Positions 9,575 through 18,340 of a DNA stretch of 64,000 bases are shown in pieces. Made by a program: the position numbers and the translations under genes. Under the pieces are notes generated by a model. It made no database searches, had not been told where the DNA came from, and was given only the letters and a program-made list of their open reading frames with translations. The DNA comes from an uncultured Acidimicrobiaceae bacterium (GTDB lineage: Bacteria > Actinomycetota > Acidimicrobiia > Acidimicrobiales > RAAP-2). The DNA is taken from NCBI GenBank assembly GCA_963738545.1, contig CAVTXA010000004.1, positions 8,391 through 72,390 of the forward strand, in the 5' to 3' direction. The number at the start of each line of letters is the position of its first letter. Position 1 is the stretch's first letter.

Positions 9575-12511
9575 ATGACCGTGATCGACTCGCCGGTGCC
9601 GGACCGTCGTTCCCGAGGTCACCGGGGCCCCCGCCTGTTCGAACGCAGCGTGTTCCTCGACGAGCTCGACGCCCTCTTCAACGGCTCGCTGGCTGTGCCC
9701 AGCCCCTGCATCGCCATCGAGGGGACCTGGGGCTCGGGCCGAACAGCGCTCGTCAATGCGGCGGCCGATATGGCCGCCCGTGCCGGCTGCATGGTGCTCC
9801 GGGCCCAGGGAGGGGCACTCGAGGAGCAGACCCCGTTCGCCGTGCTCGGCCGGTTGATCGAGGCGGCCCAAGCCCGCGCCGAGGGCAACCTCGAGGCCCA
9901 GGAGCGGGCCCGTACCCTCGAGCAGCTCGTGGCCGGGCGGCACACCGCGCCCGAAGGCCAGCTCCCGTCCGATCACCCCGCGTCCAACGACCGCGAGATC
10001 GCCTCCCTGTTCCACCGGATGGTCCTGGCCCTCCGCCAGAACGCCCCGGTCCTCATGGTCGTCGACGATGCCGACGAGGCCGACCCGGACAGCCTGGCCG
10101 TGCTCCGCTTCTTGGTCCGTCGGCTCGACCATCAACAGATTTGGCTCGTCCTCGCCTCACGCCCGCTCCAGGTGGGCGGCGGCCTCCGGGCCATCGATGG
10201 GCTGCTCACCGAACCGGACACCAGACAGTTCATCCTCGAGCCCCTCCATGATCCGAGCGTGGACGCCATCCTGACCGCGTTCTTCGAGGTCCGACCCGAC
10301 CCGGCGTTCGTGCGGGCCTGCACCGAAGCCACCGGAGGGTCACCCTTCCTCCTCAAGGCCCTACTCCCCTCGTTGTTGCGGGCCTCGGTGGCCCCCACGG
10401 CCGCCATGGCCCCCTCGGTCGAACTGGTGCGGGCGCCGAAGATCACCCAGTTCGTGCTGACCCGCCTGGCCCACCTGCCGGCGACGACGGCCGACCTGCT
10501 GCAGGCGGCTGCCGTGCTCGGCGAGTCAGCCGACCCCACCCTGGCCCGCCAACTGGCCATGGTGGATGCCCCAACCGCCGACCGGGCCGCTGAAGACGCC
10601 CAACGGATGGAGCTCCTCCAACCCGGGCGACCGTTCCGCTTCACCTCACCGCTCCTCCGTCGTGCCGTCTACCACGACATCCCGTCAGCCCGCCGGTCCG
10701 AGCTCCATGCCGCCGCCGCCCAGCTCCTCGACGCCCACGGGGCCGACGGGGCCACCGTGGCCGGCCACCTGCTCGCCACCGAGCCCGCCGGCGACCTCGA
10801 CATCGCCGACCGCCTGCAGCAGATCGGGCGCCGGGCCCAGGCCGCCGGTGAGGGCGACCTGGCGCTCCGCTGCCTCGAGCGGGCACTGGCCGAGTCCCCG
10901 CTGTCCGAACGACGCACCGCGCTCTACCTCGACCTGGCCGCCGCCGAGGCGGCCGAGCGGGGGGCGCTGGCCCTCGTCCACCTCCGGCGAGCGGTCGAAC
11001 TCGGCGACTTCGATGGTGGCACGATGGTCAGGGTGGGTGTGGACCTCCTCGGCCATCTGGCCGGGGACCCGACCCTGCGTGCCGAGATGCTCACCACGCT
11101 GCTGGAGCTGAGGAGTCAGCTCAACGGGGTCGACCGGGACCTCAGGATCGAGCTGGAACTGACCCTGACCATGGCATTGGACTCGGTCGAGGACCGGGTC
11201 GAGTGCCTGGAGCGGCTCCGCACCCTCTTGGCCGAGCCGGGTGACAACCGGACGGCGACCACCCGACGGGCGCGCTCGGTTGTCAGCCTGCGCTACGTAC
11301 TGTCCTCCCCCGACCTGGCCAGCGATGACGTGGCTGCGGCCCTCGAGCAGCTGGTGGATGTGGAGCAGCTGGTCGACGCGGAGCCGATGGGGGGATGGAT
11401 CCAGGCCACGGCGCTGTTCGGTCTGCTCTGCACCGATCGCTTCGCCATGGTGGACGACGTCCTCGCCCGCGCGTTGATGCGACCGGCGGGAGCCGATCCA
11501 CTGCTCGTCCAACGACGCATCTCGGCGCTGTCCGCCATCTCCTTGTTGTGGCAGGGATCCCTTGTGGCTGCGGACGAGGAGTGCACGCGTACCGAAGAGG
11601 GCATGCCCCATGAGCACGCTGGCCCCGGGCCACGCCCGTTGACCGGTCATATCGACGTGCTCGTGCAACAGGGCCGGTTGGACGAGGCTGAACGGTTGGC
11701 CGACGCGATGGACTCCGGCGGCATCGAGCTCACCGTGTTCCGTGCGCTCTCGGAGATCGAGCGGGGTCGCCTGCTCATGGCCCGCGGCCACGCCGGACGG
11801 GCACTCGAGGCGTTCACGGCCGCCGGCGAGGCGGCCGACCGGGCAGGAATACTCAACGCCGCCATGGTCCCCTGGCGCGCCGACGCGGTGATGGCGCTGG
11901 CGGAGCAGGAGGCCTGGGAGCAGGCGGGAGAGCTGGCGGACGAGAACCTCCGTCTGGCCCGGGCATTCGGTGCACCCCGCCTCATCGGGATGGCGCTGCG
12001 CGCCTCGGCCGCCGCCACCTCGGATCTCGACCGGCGCGTCGGGCTGCTGACCGAGGCCGTGGAGGTGCTCGAGACCTCCGAGGCCCGACTCGAACGCGCC
12101 CACGCCCTGGTCGACCTCGGCACGACGCTGATCGACCAGAACCGCAAAGAGGAGGCCCGGAGCGTCCTCCGACAGGGCGCCAGCTTGGCCTCCCTGTGCG
12201 GGGCCCACCAGCTGTTGGAGCTGGCCGGCGAGCAACTCCGGGCCGCCGGGGCCCGTCCCCGCCGCCTGGGTCTCGTGGGTCCGGAATCACTGACCCCCTC
12301 CGAGCTCCGAGTCGTGCGCATGGCGGCCGACGGTCTCACCAACCAACGGATCGCCGACGACCTGTTCGTGACCTTGAAGACGGTGGAGGGCCATCTGGCC
12401 AAGGCCTATCGCAAGCTGGGGGTCGACGGCCGCCAGGACCTCTCCGAAGCCCTGGCCGGCGGCGACGACGAGGGCGAGTCCGGCGAGATGTTGCGCGCCT
12501 CGGCGGTGTGA
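9575..12511 (+). CDS. LAL-type regulator (large ATP-binding LuxR family)
   Basis: N-terminal P-loop-like 'GTWGSGRTAL', a long helical/TPR-like middle, and C-terminal LuxR HTH 'LTPSELRVVRMAADGLTNQRIADDLFVTLKTVEGHLAKAYRKLGV'. Confidence 0.85.
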   Translation: MTVIDSPVPDRRSRGHRGPRLFERSVFLDELDALFNGSLAVPSPCIAIEGTWGSGRTALVNAAADMAARAGCMVLRAQGGALEEQTPFAVLGRLIEAAQARAEGNLEAQERARTLEQLVAGRHTAPEGQLPSDHPASNDREIASLFHRMVLALRQNAPVLMVVDDADEADPDSLAVLRFLVRRLDHQQIWLVLASRPLQVGGGLRAIDGLLTEPDTRQFILEPLHDPSVDAILTAFFEVRPDPAFVRACTEATGGSPFLLKALLPSLLRASVAPTAAMAPSVELVRAPKITQFVLTRLAHLPATTADLLQAAAVLGESADPTLARQLAMVDAPTADRAAEDAQRMELLQPGRPFRFTSPLLRRAVYHDIPSARRSELHAAAAQLLDAHGADGATVAGHLLATEPAGDLDIADRLQQIGRRAQAAGEGDLALRCLERALAESPLSERRTALYLDLAAAEAAERGALALVHLRRAVELGDFDGGTMVRVGVDLLGHLAGDPTLRAEMLTTLLELRSQLNGVDRDLRIELELTLTMALDSVEDRVECLERLRTLLAEPGDNRTATTRRARSVVSLRYVLSSPDLASDDVAAALEQLVDVEQLVDAEPMGGWIQATALFGLLCTDRFAMVDDVLARALMRPAGADPLLVQRRISALSAISLLWQGSLVAADEECTRTEEGMPHEHAGPGPRPLTGHIDVLVQQGRLDEAERLADAMDSGGIELTVFRALSEIERGRLLMARGHAGRALEAFTAAGEAADRAGILNAAMVPWRADAVMALAEQEAWEQAGELADENLRLARAFGAPRLIGMALRASAAATSDLDRRVGLLTEAVEVLETSEARLERAHALVDLGTTLIDQNRKEEARSVLRQGASLASLCGAHQLLELAGEQLRAAGARPRRLGLVGPESLTPSELRVVRMAADGLTNQRIADDLFVTLKTVEGHLAKAYRKLGVDGRQDLSEALAGGDDEGESGEMLRASAV

Positions 12512-12631
12512 GGAACCTTCCAACGACCCAGCGCGCTCCGACCGTGGAACGGCGGCCACCGACGCTCCCCGTTTCACCGAGGCAGCCCACCGCGCTGCGG
12601 CCCTACGTCACCCGGACCAGCGGGTCAGCGG

Positions 12632-13583
12632 TCACGGGGCCCGTTGCGCCAGCTCGGCCGCCCAGTAGTCGGCCGGCGGAAGGGCACCGAACGGATTGGG
12701 CAGACCGGCGTCGGTGACGTAGACGTATCCGGCGCCCCGCTGGCGGCTGAGGTCCATGGCGTGCTCCATCTCGCCGGTGGAGATGGCCCCGTAGACGATG
12801 TGCCAGATCTGTTCGGGTCCGGCCGGCGTCCACGTCAGCGGCTCGAAGTCCTGACCCACGGCGTCGGGGGCGCCGGTGTAGTTGGCGTAGCTGCCCTCGA
12901 AGGTGACCAGGACATCGGCGGCCGCCGCGTAACAGCGCGGGACGGCGATCCCCGGGTTGAGCACCGTAACCGCACCGGGATCGGCCACCCGTAGACGGTC
13001 CCCGAGCGTCCGGTAGGCGTCGGCGTACCGGTTCGATCCGGCCGTCGGCCCACAGGCGCTGGTCGACTCGTCCAAGAAGATGCCACCGAGGTCGGACCCG
13101 TAGAACCGGTACCACGCATCGATGTCCGCTTGGATCTGCGATAGCCAGGCCTCGGGGCCGAACGCTCCCGAGCGCGTGGGCAGGCCGTCGGCGTGGGCGA
13201 ACGACGGGCTACCGAGGTAGCCCGTGTCCACATAGCCGAGCACTCGGCTCCCCGACGCATGGGCGCTGTGGATCACCGCCGCCCAGTCCGCATTGGGTTG
13301 TGTGCCGGGTCCATTGGCCACGTTGGCCACGACGATCCCGACCGCCCCGGGCGGTGACGCCGCCGAGCTGCTCCCACGAGGAGGCAGCGTGCACCGGATC
13401 GACATAGGCCGGCACGGCCAGACGCTGGACGACGGAGGGCGGGCCGGAGGCGGCGGTCGAGTGGTCGGCGATGGTCGGCGATGGTAGCAAGAGCCAGGCC
13501 ACGGCCACGGTGAGCGAGGCCACGACCACGGCCACGGTCACCACCAGTGCGGCCATGCCGAATGCGCTCCTGCTCCCGTGCAT
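12632..13583 (-). pseudogene. spherulin-4 family (GH135 / Sph3-type) secreted protein, split over two reading frames
   Basis: The N-terminal signal anchor plus 'LAVPAYVDPVHAASSWEQL' is in the frame of ORF 13209..13592. The rest ('GIVVANVANGPG..YVDTGY..GIFLDE..') is in the frame of ORF 12632..13405. The junction lies near 13340-13362 in a C/G run. The 952-nt length is not a multiple of 3. Confidence 0.6.
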
Positions 13584-13936
13584 CGCCGTCAACGGAAGCG
13601 CCGCCGTCGCTCCTCACCCATGATGCAAGCCTACGAACGGTCCCGTTCCGCTACTACCCCTGTTCTTCGGGACGCCCACCCCGGCGCTGACGTCCACCAC
13701 CCTGGCATTTGCCCCGCTCCCGATCGCTCGGCCCCAGGCGCGATGGCGGGTCCGTGACGCGAGACTGGTGACGGACAGGGCGAAGGGGCGCAGTGGCAGA
13801 GAACGCAAGCTGGTGCGGCAATCGTGGCCGCGGTCGTGCTCATCGTGGTGCTGGTGGCGTCCACCGCCTCAGTGGGGACCGCGCCGAGCCATCCGGATGC
13901 GGGGTCCGGGGGAGCCTCCACGGGCATCGGCGCGCC

Positions 13937-14160
13937 GACGCTCGCGTCGCCGCCTACGCCCACGGCCTGGGACTGGCCAATGGGGACGACCCGACCTTCG
14001 CGTCGGCCGTGCAGCCCGTGGCGGACCTCGCGCTCGACGAGCAGTGCCACCAGTACGACACGTGCAGCTCGTTCACACCCTTCGCTGCCGCAGGCAAGGC
14101 CGTGCTCGAGGTGGAGTACTCCCTCTCCCCGGGCCAGTTCTGCCCGGCGGCCGCCACCGC
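13937..14160 (+). pseudogene. C-terminal remnant of a GH114-type endo-alpha-1,4-polygalactosaminidase (PelA-hydrolase / Ega3-like)
   Basis: 'AHGLGLANGDDP..VADLALDEQCHQYDTCSSFTPFAAAGKAVLEVEY' matches my recollection of the GH114 C-terminal consensus (AH.GL..KN..DF.v.EQC..Y.EC..F..GK.V...EY). Only about 340 nt lie upstream before the next gene, so the catalytic N-terminal two thirds cannot be present. A signal-anchor-like ORF start (13824) is in another frame. Confidence 0.45.
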
Positions 14161-14168
14161 CACGGCCG

Positions 14169-16013
14169 CTACTCGACGGTCACCGTCTTGGCCAGGTTCC
14201 GGGGCCGGTCCACGTCGAGCCCATGGGCCTGGGCCAGCCAGTAGGCCAGGAACTGCAGGGGCAGCGCGTCGACGACCGGGGACAGCATGGGCTCGACCGA
14301 CGGCACCCACAGCACATGGTCGGCCAGGTCGGCCGTCTGGAGGTCGCCGTCGTTGGCCACCAGGACGATGGTGGCACCCCGGCTCTTGACCTCTTGGATG
14401 TTGGAGCACACCTTCTCCCACAGGCTGCTGCGGGTGGCCACGCCCACCACCACCGTGCCCGGCTCGATCAGTGCGATGGGACCGTGCTTCAACTCGCCCG
14501 CGGGGTAGCCCTCGGCTCTCAGGTACGAGATCTCCTTGAGCTTCAGCGCGCCCTCCATGGCTACTGGATGACCGACGTGGCGGCCGAGGTAGAAGAAGTC
14601 CCGGGCCTCGCTCAGGTCCTGGGCCACCTCGGCCACGTCCTTGGTGCGTTCGAGTACCTTGTCGAGGACGTCGGGCAGGCCCAGCATCTGCTGCATGATG
14701 GCGTCGCTGGCCGCGACCGTCATGGTCTGGCGGGCCTGGGCCAGCACCAGGGCCAACAGCTCCAGGGCGACGATCTGGGTGAGGTGGGTCTTGGTGGCGG
14801 CGACCCCGATCTCGGGCCCGGCCCGCGTGTACAGCACCCCGTCGGCCTCCCGGGTCATCGAGGAGTCGGCCACGTTGGAGATCACCAGCACCTTGGAGCC
14901 GGCCTCCCGGGCGGCCCGCATCCCCTGCAGGGTGTCCACCGTCTCGCCCGACTGGCTGACGCCGATGGTCAGCGTGCGGTGGTCGAGGACCGGGCTCCGG
15001 TACCGGAACTCGCTGGCGATGTCCACCTCGGTGGGGATCCGGGCCCACTGCTCGATGGCGTACTTGGCCACCATGGCGGCGTGGTAGCTGCTCCCACAGG
15101 CGACGATGCACACCCGCTCGATGTCCCGGAGGTTCTGGGTGGTGAGGCCGGCCGCTGAATCCAGGACCAGGGTCCCGTCAGACCGACGGTGCCCGGCCAG
15201 GGTGTCGGCCACCGCGTCGGGCTGCTCGTGGATCTCCTTGGTCATGAAGTCGTCATAGCCACCCTGTCGGGCCGCCTCCACGTCCCAGTCGATGGTCAGG
15301 GACCGCGGCTGGGCGCACACGCCGTTCAGGTCCGTCACCGAGACCCCTCCGGGTCGGAGCTCGACCAGTTGATCGTCCTCCAGGGTGAACAGGTCGCGCG
15401 TGAGACCGATGAGGGCGGGAATGTCGGAGGCCAGATAGGTCGCCCCGTCGCCGACCCCGACGATGAGCGGTGAGACCCGACGGGCCGCTACCACCAGATC
15501 GGGCTCGTCGGCGTGGACGGCCGCCACGGCGAAGGTCCCGCGCACCAGGCGCAGAGCCCACCGGAGGCCCTCAGCCAAGTTCGATCCCGAGGCCATGGCC
15601 TTCTCGACCATGTGGGCCAGCACCTCGGAGTCGGTCTCGGAGGCCAGCACGTGGCCCTCGGCCTCCAGCTCGCCGGCGATCTCGTCGTAGTTTTCGATGA
15701 TCCCGTTGTGCACGAGGGCGAGGCGGCCGGTGCAGTCGAGGTGGGGATGGGCGTTGACCGTGGTCGGCTTCCCGTGGGTGGCCCACCGGGTGTGACCGAT
15801 CCCACTGCCGCACGGTTCGGGCGCATCGTCGCCGAACGGTCGGAGGTCGGCCACCGAGTGGGTTCCGTCGGCCGCCCGGTTCCGCCACAGGTCGTCGCCG
15901 TGGATGAGGGCCACCCCGGCCGAGTCGTAGCCGCGGTACTCCAGCCGACTCAGGCCTTCGAGCAACAGAGGAAGGGCGTCGTCGACGCCGGTGACTCCGA
16001 TAATCCCGCACAT
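14169..16013 (-). CDS. glmS: glutamine--fructose-6-phosphate aminotransferase
   Basis: 'MCGIIG' Ntn start, two SIS domains, C-terminal 'NLAKTVTVE', 614 aa. Confidence 0.95.
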   Translation of the reverse strand: MCGIIGVTGVDDALPLLLEGLSRLEYRGYDSAGVALIHGDDLWRNRAADGTHSVADLRPFGDDAPEPCGSGIGHTRWATHGKPTTVNAHPHLDCTGRLALVHNGIIENYDEIAGELEAEGHVLASETDSEVLAHMVEKAMASGSNLAEGLRWALRLVRGTFAVAAVHADEPDLVVAARRVSPLIVGVGDGATYLASDIPALIGLTRDLFTLEDDQLVELRPGGVSVTDLNGVCAQPRSLTIDWDVEAARQGGYDDFMTKEIHEQPDAVADTLAGHRRSDGTLVLDSAAGLTTQNLRDIERVCIVACGSSYHAAMVAKYAIEQWARIPTEVDIASEFRYRSPVLDHRTLTIGVSQSGETVDTLQGMRAAREAGSKVLVISNVADSSMTREADGVLYTRAGPEIGVAATKTHLTQIVALELLALVLAQARQTMTVAASDAIMQQMLGLPDVLDKVLERTKDVAEVAQDLSEARDFFYLGRHVGHPVAMEGALKLKEISYLRAEGYPAGELKHGPIALIEPGTVVVGVATRSSLWEKVCSNIQEVKSRGATIVLVANDGDLQTADLADHVLWVPSVEPMLSPVVDALPLQFLAYWLAQAHGLDVDRPRNLAKTVTVE

Positions 16014-16016
16014 GGT

Positions 16017-16940
16017 TCAGCTTCCTGACTGCCAGAGGTCACTCACGGCCTCGGCGATTGACGTGGATGGGACCCAATGAAGATGACGACGGATGAGTGT
16101 CAGATCGGCCTGCTGCCACACCGGGGGCGTGGCGTAGCCGGCCCCTCCGCTCGACTCGAAGATGTCTCCTTCGAACCCGGCCGCAGCGGCCAGCAGCTCG
16201 ACCATGGAGCGGCCTGACATGGCCACACCTCGCCCCACGTTGAGCAGCGGTGGCACGTCCACGCCGACGGCGGCGCGGAGGACGGCGGTGGCCACATCGG
16301 TGACGGCGACGAAGTCCCGGCAGGCGCTCAGCTGGCCGAGCGTCACGAAGCTGGCTCCGATGGCGACGGCCCCGCAGATCTCCCGGACGGCCGTGCCGAC
16401 CGGCGAGTGGTCCGGGGCGCCCGGTCCGACTGGGTCGAAGATCCGCAGCACCGTGGCCCCGACGTCCCCCCGGGCCACCTGGTCCATGACGAGATCCGTC
16501 GCCACCAACTTGGTCCGTCCGTAGTCCCCGATCGGTCGGGCGGTGGCCGACTCGGCGAACGCCACGCCCCGGGGCTGGTTCCCGTACTCGGCGGCCGAGC
16601 CCAGGTGGATGAGCCGGACCGGATCGGAGCGGGTCAGGGCGTCCAGCAGTTTCCGGACCACCGAGACGTTCACGGCCTCGAGCTCCCCCGCCGATCCCAC
16701 CGTGCAGCCGACGCAGTTGATGACCACATCGGGCTTGCCGTAGTCGAGGAGGTGGGCCACGTCCGCCACCGAGGCGCGCACCAGGTCGAGCTGTGTCCAG
16801 TGGCAGGCGGGCGACTCCGGGGGGTTCGAAATGTGCCCGCTGACGGCCACTACGTAGGCACCCCGGTCGGTGCCCAGGATGGCCCGACGCACCTGGTCGC
16901 CCAGGAATCCGTTGGCGCCGAGGAGAAGGTACCGGGTCAT
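16017..16940 (-). CDS. NAD-dependent epimerase/dehydratase (extended SDR), candidate UDP-hexose/HexNAc 4-epimerase
   Basis: 'LLLGANGFLGDQV' (GxxGxxG) and 'DYGRTK' (YxxxK). The ATG at 16940 overlaps the upstream stop (ATGA). Its stop lies 3 nt before the glmS start. The 603-aa track ORF is an off-frame read-through artefact. Confidence 0.85.
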   Translation of the reverse strand: MTRYLLLGANGFLGDQVRRAILGTDRGAYVVAVSGHISNPPESPACHWTQLDLVRASVADVAHLLDYGKPDVVINCVGCTVGSAGELEAVNVSVVRKLLDALTRSDPVRLIHLGSAAEYGNQPRGVAFAESATARPIGDYGRTKLVATDLVMDQVARGDVGATVLRIFDPVGPGAPDHSPVGTAVREICGAVAIGASFVTLGQLSACRDFVAVTDVATAVLRAAVGVDVPPLLNVGRGVAMSGRSMVELLAAAAGFEGDIFESSGGAGYATPPVWQQADLTLIRRHLHWVPSTSIAEAVSDLWQSGS

Positions 16941-18340
16941 CAGTAGCTCAACGGGGAGGCCAGGACCGAGCGGGCCAGGACGAGGAACAGGACGATGGCC
17001 GTGGCCGTGGCCATGAGGAGCGAGAGGAGGCCGTCCATCGGGGCGATGTGCCCCCGGATCTGCTGATCGATGGCGAGGGCGGCACCCAACACCACGAAGG
17101 TGGTGGCCCAGCACCGCAGCACCAGGTTGATCCGGCCCGAGCACGCCAGCAGGAGGGCCATGAAAAAGGCGACTCCGAGCGTGCCGACCGAGGCCAACAA
17201 CAGGGGCACGTCGGGGAGGTGGTGTTGGCGGCCGGCGATCAGGCACACCACCGAGAGCACGGCCAGAGCGCCCACATAGAGCCCGATGGAACGACGGAAG
17301 GCCCGGCCGACACGGTGACCGAAGTCGTCGAGGTCGTAGCTGGCGCTGAGGGCGGCGGTGGCCCGGCTCCGGAACGAGCGCAGCTGCCACTCCATCAGGC
17401 CCAGGGTCAACAGCAGGGGCCAGACGGCGATGGACAGGGCACGGGCACTCCCGTTGACCCCGCTGGCGAAGGCGATGAGCGTGCCCAGCAGGACACCGCA
17501 ACTGATGCCGTAGGCCAGGAACTTGGCTGCCCGCACCCAGTCGGCCCGCGCCAGGCCGGGACGCCGCCACCGGTTGGTGGGCACGAAGCGGTTGGCCACC
17601 ACGGTGACCAGGCCCACCGTGGCCACCACGCACCAGGCCGCTGTCGATGATCCGACGCCGACCGGCAGGTGCCCCAGGGCCAGCACCGACCCGACGACGG
17701 CGGGCACCATGCACACGGCCAACAGCAGTTCGGACTGCTGGAACACCATGATCGCACTGGCGGCGACATACACACCGATGCACGCCACCGTGACCGCGCT
17801 CGACGCATCGCCCCCGAGGGTCCAGCACGCCACCAAAGCGGCGGCCAGACAGGCCAGTCCGGTGACGAGGAGCGTGGCCAGGGCCATGAGGGCGTCGCTA
17901 CGCGAGTCCTTCCGTCCCAGCAGCGCCCAGGCGCAGGTGGCCGCGGCCTGGCTCGTTCCCCAGGCCACGGTGAGGCCCACAGGCAGCACCCACCAGCTGA
18001 GCCGCAGCCCGAAGCCGGTGACCACCACGGGAAGGAAGAGGGCGGGGAGGGCGTAGAGCGCGCCCCGCAGCAGGTCGACGGGTCCGCCCCGGTCCGGGAC
18101 CGAAGGGGCCGGCGGCACCACGTCGTGGAACGGCAGCTCGCGGTAGACAGCCTCGGCCGTGCTGAACACGTCGGCGTAGCCGAACGTGTCCACGGCCACC
18201 TGGCTGCTCACGCCGTGGGACTCGAGGCGTGCGGCGATCTCGACGGGGTCGACGGCGGCACCGCAGGCCACCGACAGCATGGGATCGTCGGACAGCCACG
18301 AGGTGATCCGATCGAGCCGCTCCCGATCCGTTGCGCTCAT
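16940..18340 (-). CDS. polytopic (about 12 TM) membrane protein with a roughly 90-aa soluble N-terminal domain; candidate PelG-analogous export/assembly component
   Basis: About twelve hydrophobic segments read by eye. The start shares one nucleotide with the GT stop (TGATG) and the stop overlaps the epimerase start. I recognise no family motif. Confidence 0.6.
   Translation of the reverse strand: MSATDRERLDRITSWLSDDPMLSVACGAAVDPVEIAARLESHGVSSQVAVDTFGYADVFSTAEAVYRELPFHDVVPPAPSVPDRGGPVDLLRGALYALPALFLPVVVTGFGLRLSWWVLPVGLTVAWGTSQAAATCAWALLGRKDSRSDALMALATLLVTGLACLAAALVACWTLGGDASSAVTVACIGVYVAASAIMVFQQSELLLAVCMVPAVVGSVLALGHLPVGVGSSTAAWCVVATVGLVTVVANRFVPTNRWRRPGLARADWVRAAKFLAYGISCGVLLGTLIAFASGVNGSARALSIAVWPLLLTLGLMEWQLRSFRSRATAALSASYDLDDFGHRVGRAFRRSIGLYVGALAVLSVVCLIAGRQHHLPDVPLLLASVGTLGVAFFMALLLACSGRINLVLRCWATTFVVLGAALAIDQQIRGHIAPMDGLLSLLMATATAIVLFLVLARSVLASPLSY

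Noticed and set aside
13824-15158. A 444-aa plus-strand ORF. Similar long ORFs occur at 18331-19860, 24973-27033, 27455-29023, 38131-39360, 43919-45781, 54601-56646, 60109-61854 and 10685-12235.
   Set aside because: Each lies antisense or off-frame to a gene with clear family motifs (glmS, the PelF-like GT, the TPP enzyme, MFS, ctaD, the SCO1 fusion, P450, MFS, LAL). All have Arg/Gly/Pro-rich junk composition.
16014-16016. A glmS ribozyme upstream of glmS.
   Set aside because: Only 3 nt separate the epimerase stop from the glmS ATG, so there is no room for a ribozyme leader of about 170 nt.
16017-17828. A 603-aa ORF suggesting a large fusion protein.
   Set aside because: Only the C-terminal 307 aa (from the ATG at 16940) show SDR motifs. 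The upstream part is the off-frame reading of the 12-TM gene, which has its own clean ORF.
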